From Laetmonice hystrix (Eukaryota): a stretch of DNA of 64,000 bases. Every line of letters begins with the position of its first letter. Position 1 is the stretch's first letter. A model generated the notes under the pieces. It worked only from the letters and a program-made list of their open reading frames with translations. It ran no database searches and was not told the DNA's origin. Shown in pieces: positions 62,171 through 64,000 of the stretch. Location of the stretch: positions 28,336,001 to 28,400,000 of the forward strand of contig OZ249436.1 of NCBI GenBank assembly GCA_965235115.1, read 5' to 3'. A program made the position numbers and the translations under genes.

Positions 62171-64000
62171 TATGGTAATCTGGAATCGCTTCCTTTTTTC
62201 TTTGCGGTTTCTTCCTCTGATGAAGTCGCCTTTCGAATCATGGCTCTCGCCATCTAGAAAGTTCAAGGCGGTTTCACGAACATACGCGATTTGATTGGTC
62301 AGTTATCGTCAGATGGTGCTACCCCCTAGCTTTTTGGGCTCGCTTTAGACCTTCCGCGCTCTACCGAGTGCTTACGAATGCACCACTTTTAAAATGTTCT
62401 TTATACCAGAAACCGGGATCTTTTTTTGTGGGGGGGGGGAGGGGGGCTAAACGTATTCATACCGCGTCTTACTTCATAAAGTAGACCTATTATATTATAA
62501 CGAGTAGGCCTGCTACAATGTAAGTATACATGTAGACGTAACCTATTGGAACCTATATAGTGTCACTGCCTGACATTTTCACAGCCACCCATCGGTTTTT
62601 CGAGCACCAGGGGCGGATCCAGGTTTGCGTCAACTGGGGGGGGGGGGGTTATCGGGTGCCAAGGGAAAAGGGGGTTGTGTGTGCCGGGGTGTGTATGTAG
62701 GTATATATGAGTATAACCACCTCGCTGCGCATCTGCACCAAAATTGGTGTCATTTGTGAATACCTGCGCTTTATTAACACGTAACCTACACCAAGATAGG
62801 GCAGGCAGTGGCGGTTCCGGAAACGCTTAAAAGCAGTTCTCAAAAGAGTCATTCCGGCAAATGTGTACAGGCATGTGGTTGAGCGTAGATCTATACCTGA
62901 CCTTAACTACATGTACATGTATGTAATAGTTGTAGGTTTGCCTACAAAATAGTTGTAGGTTTGCCACAAGGCCCACACAAAAGGAATGGTTAAGCTGACA
63001 ATATGCGAGTAGAAGCTGTTATAAAAACCTTTCCCAGGATGAAGTAATGAAAAGTAGCACTGTAATTAGACACATTGAAAACTGTTAAGCTGTATGTCTG
63101 AGGCTATCATGTATGTATAATCCAAAATTATAAACGATAGCTCTTGTCAGTGGCGACATGCCAGGCGCGGATCGAAAGGGGCGCCTTTTTTTCTAAGAAT
63201 TGACATAAATAATTTTTAGGCCAGGCCTAAATGCTTTGAGAAACTTCACAATCTTTATCTCTAGATATCGGGAAATAGCGTTTTAAAAATTCAAACATTT
63301 TCTGGGGGAAGACATTTTCGCATTAAAAACAGACGTGTTCATAAACATTTACGGCTTTTAGGGAAATTTCATATCCTTGCACCCCCCCCCTTGGTAAATG
63401 TTGTAGCCGCGCTACTGCTATAAATAGAGTATGGCCTATGTAGTTATAGGGCCTATGTGCGCAACCTGGAAGATGTAGACCGTATTCTAGGCTGAGTTAT
63501 TTCAGGAAGAGGGGTGCACCTTTTGGTGGATAATCGGTGGTCATTTTTGGGGGCCCTCCCCAGAATTTTTGTTCAGAACGCTGGAGAAGTATTTTTTTGA
63601 ACATATTATAGGGTAGAAATTTCTCCCAAATCTTTCAACGAAATTGCATTATTTTTATGCATGAAGCATAGGAAATAGGCAACTGTTTGGAAAATATGGG
63701 GGCCGAGCCGGGTGCCCCCCCCCCGAATCCGCCACTGCTGATATAGTCAGTTCTAATTGTTGAACCTAATCAAAGTATCAGCAATACACATGTAAGATTC
63801 AAAGATGGGGATACGTTTCATGTTATGTGTACTCCTTTTATAAAAGAATAATCGTCTCTCGCAAATATAATTTACTCGTTAAGGTCGTTGCCAAGGAAGA
63901 ACCCAAAATTGGGCATTGCTTATTTGTGGTCCAATAAGTACGTCTTTGTAAATCACTTAGGCCTTATATAGGCCTATAGGATAGGCACTTAGATCAATGA

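Overview
This is eukaryotic genomic DNA, most likely from an invertebrate (inferred from GT-AG introns, animal transposon families and a chitin-deacetylase-like gene). It is dominated by non-autonomous DNA transposons (MITEs), many with intact TIRs and TSDs, and by minisatellites. Two coding regions are clear: a 5'-truncated, uninterrupted LINE reverse transcriptase (40-1494, minus strand) and the large terminal exon of a CE4/NodB chitin-deacetylase-like gene (58293-59267, minus strand). Reading by eye also gives a candidate small spliced gene (17611-20184, minus, 73 aa) and a weaker second one (10607-12820, minus); neither appears as a complete model in the ORF track. Four non-coding observations stand out. 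First, paired repeat copies differ by TA to TAGGCCTA micro-insertions that look like transposon excision footprints, and an element with matching TA|GG...CC|TA ends lies in the window. Second, a 2.6 kb element has CAC ends, a 5-bp TSD and perfect 52-bp TIRs (Transib/RAG-like). Third, two perfect palindromes sit back to back at 38490-38595. Fourth, a CRISPR-looking array at 39.4-41.1 kb is really a higher-order tandem repeat inside a probable EnSpm-like element. No rRNA, tRNA or CRISPR array is supported. Superfamily labels come from end/TSD patterns only; no database search was run.
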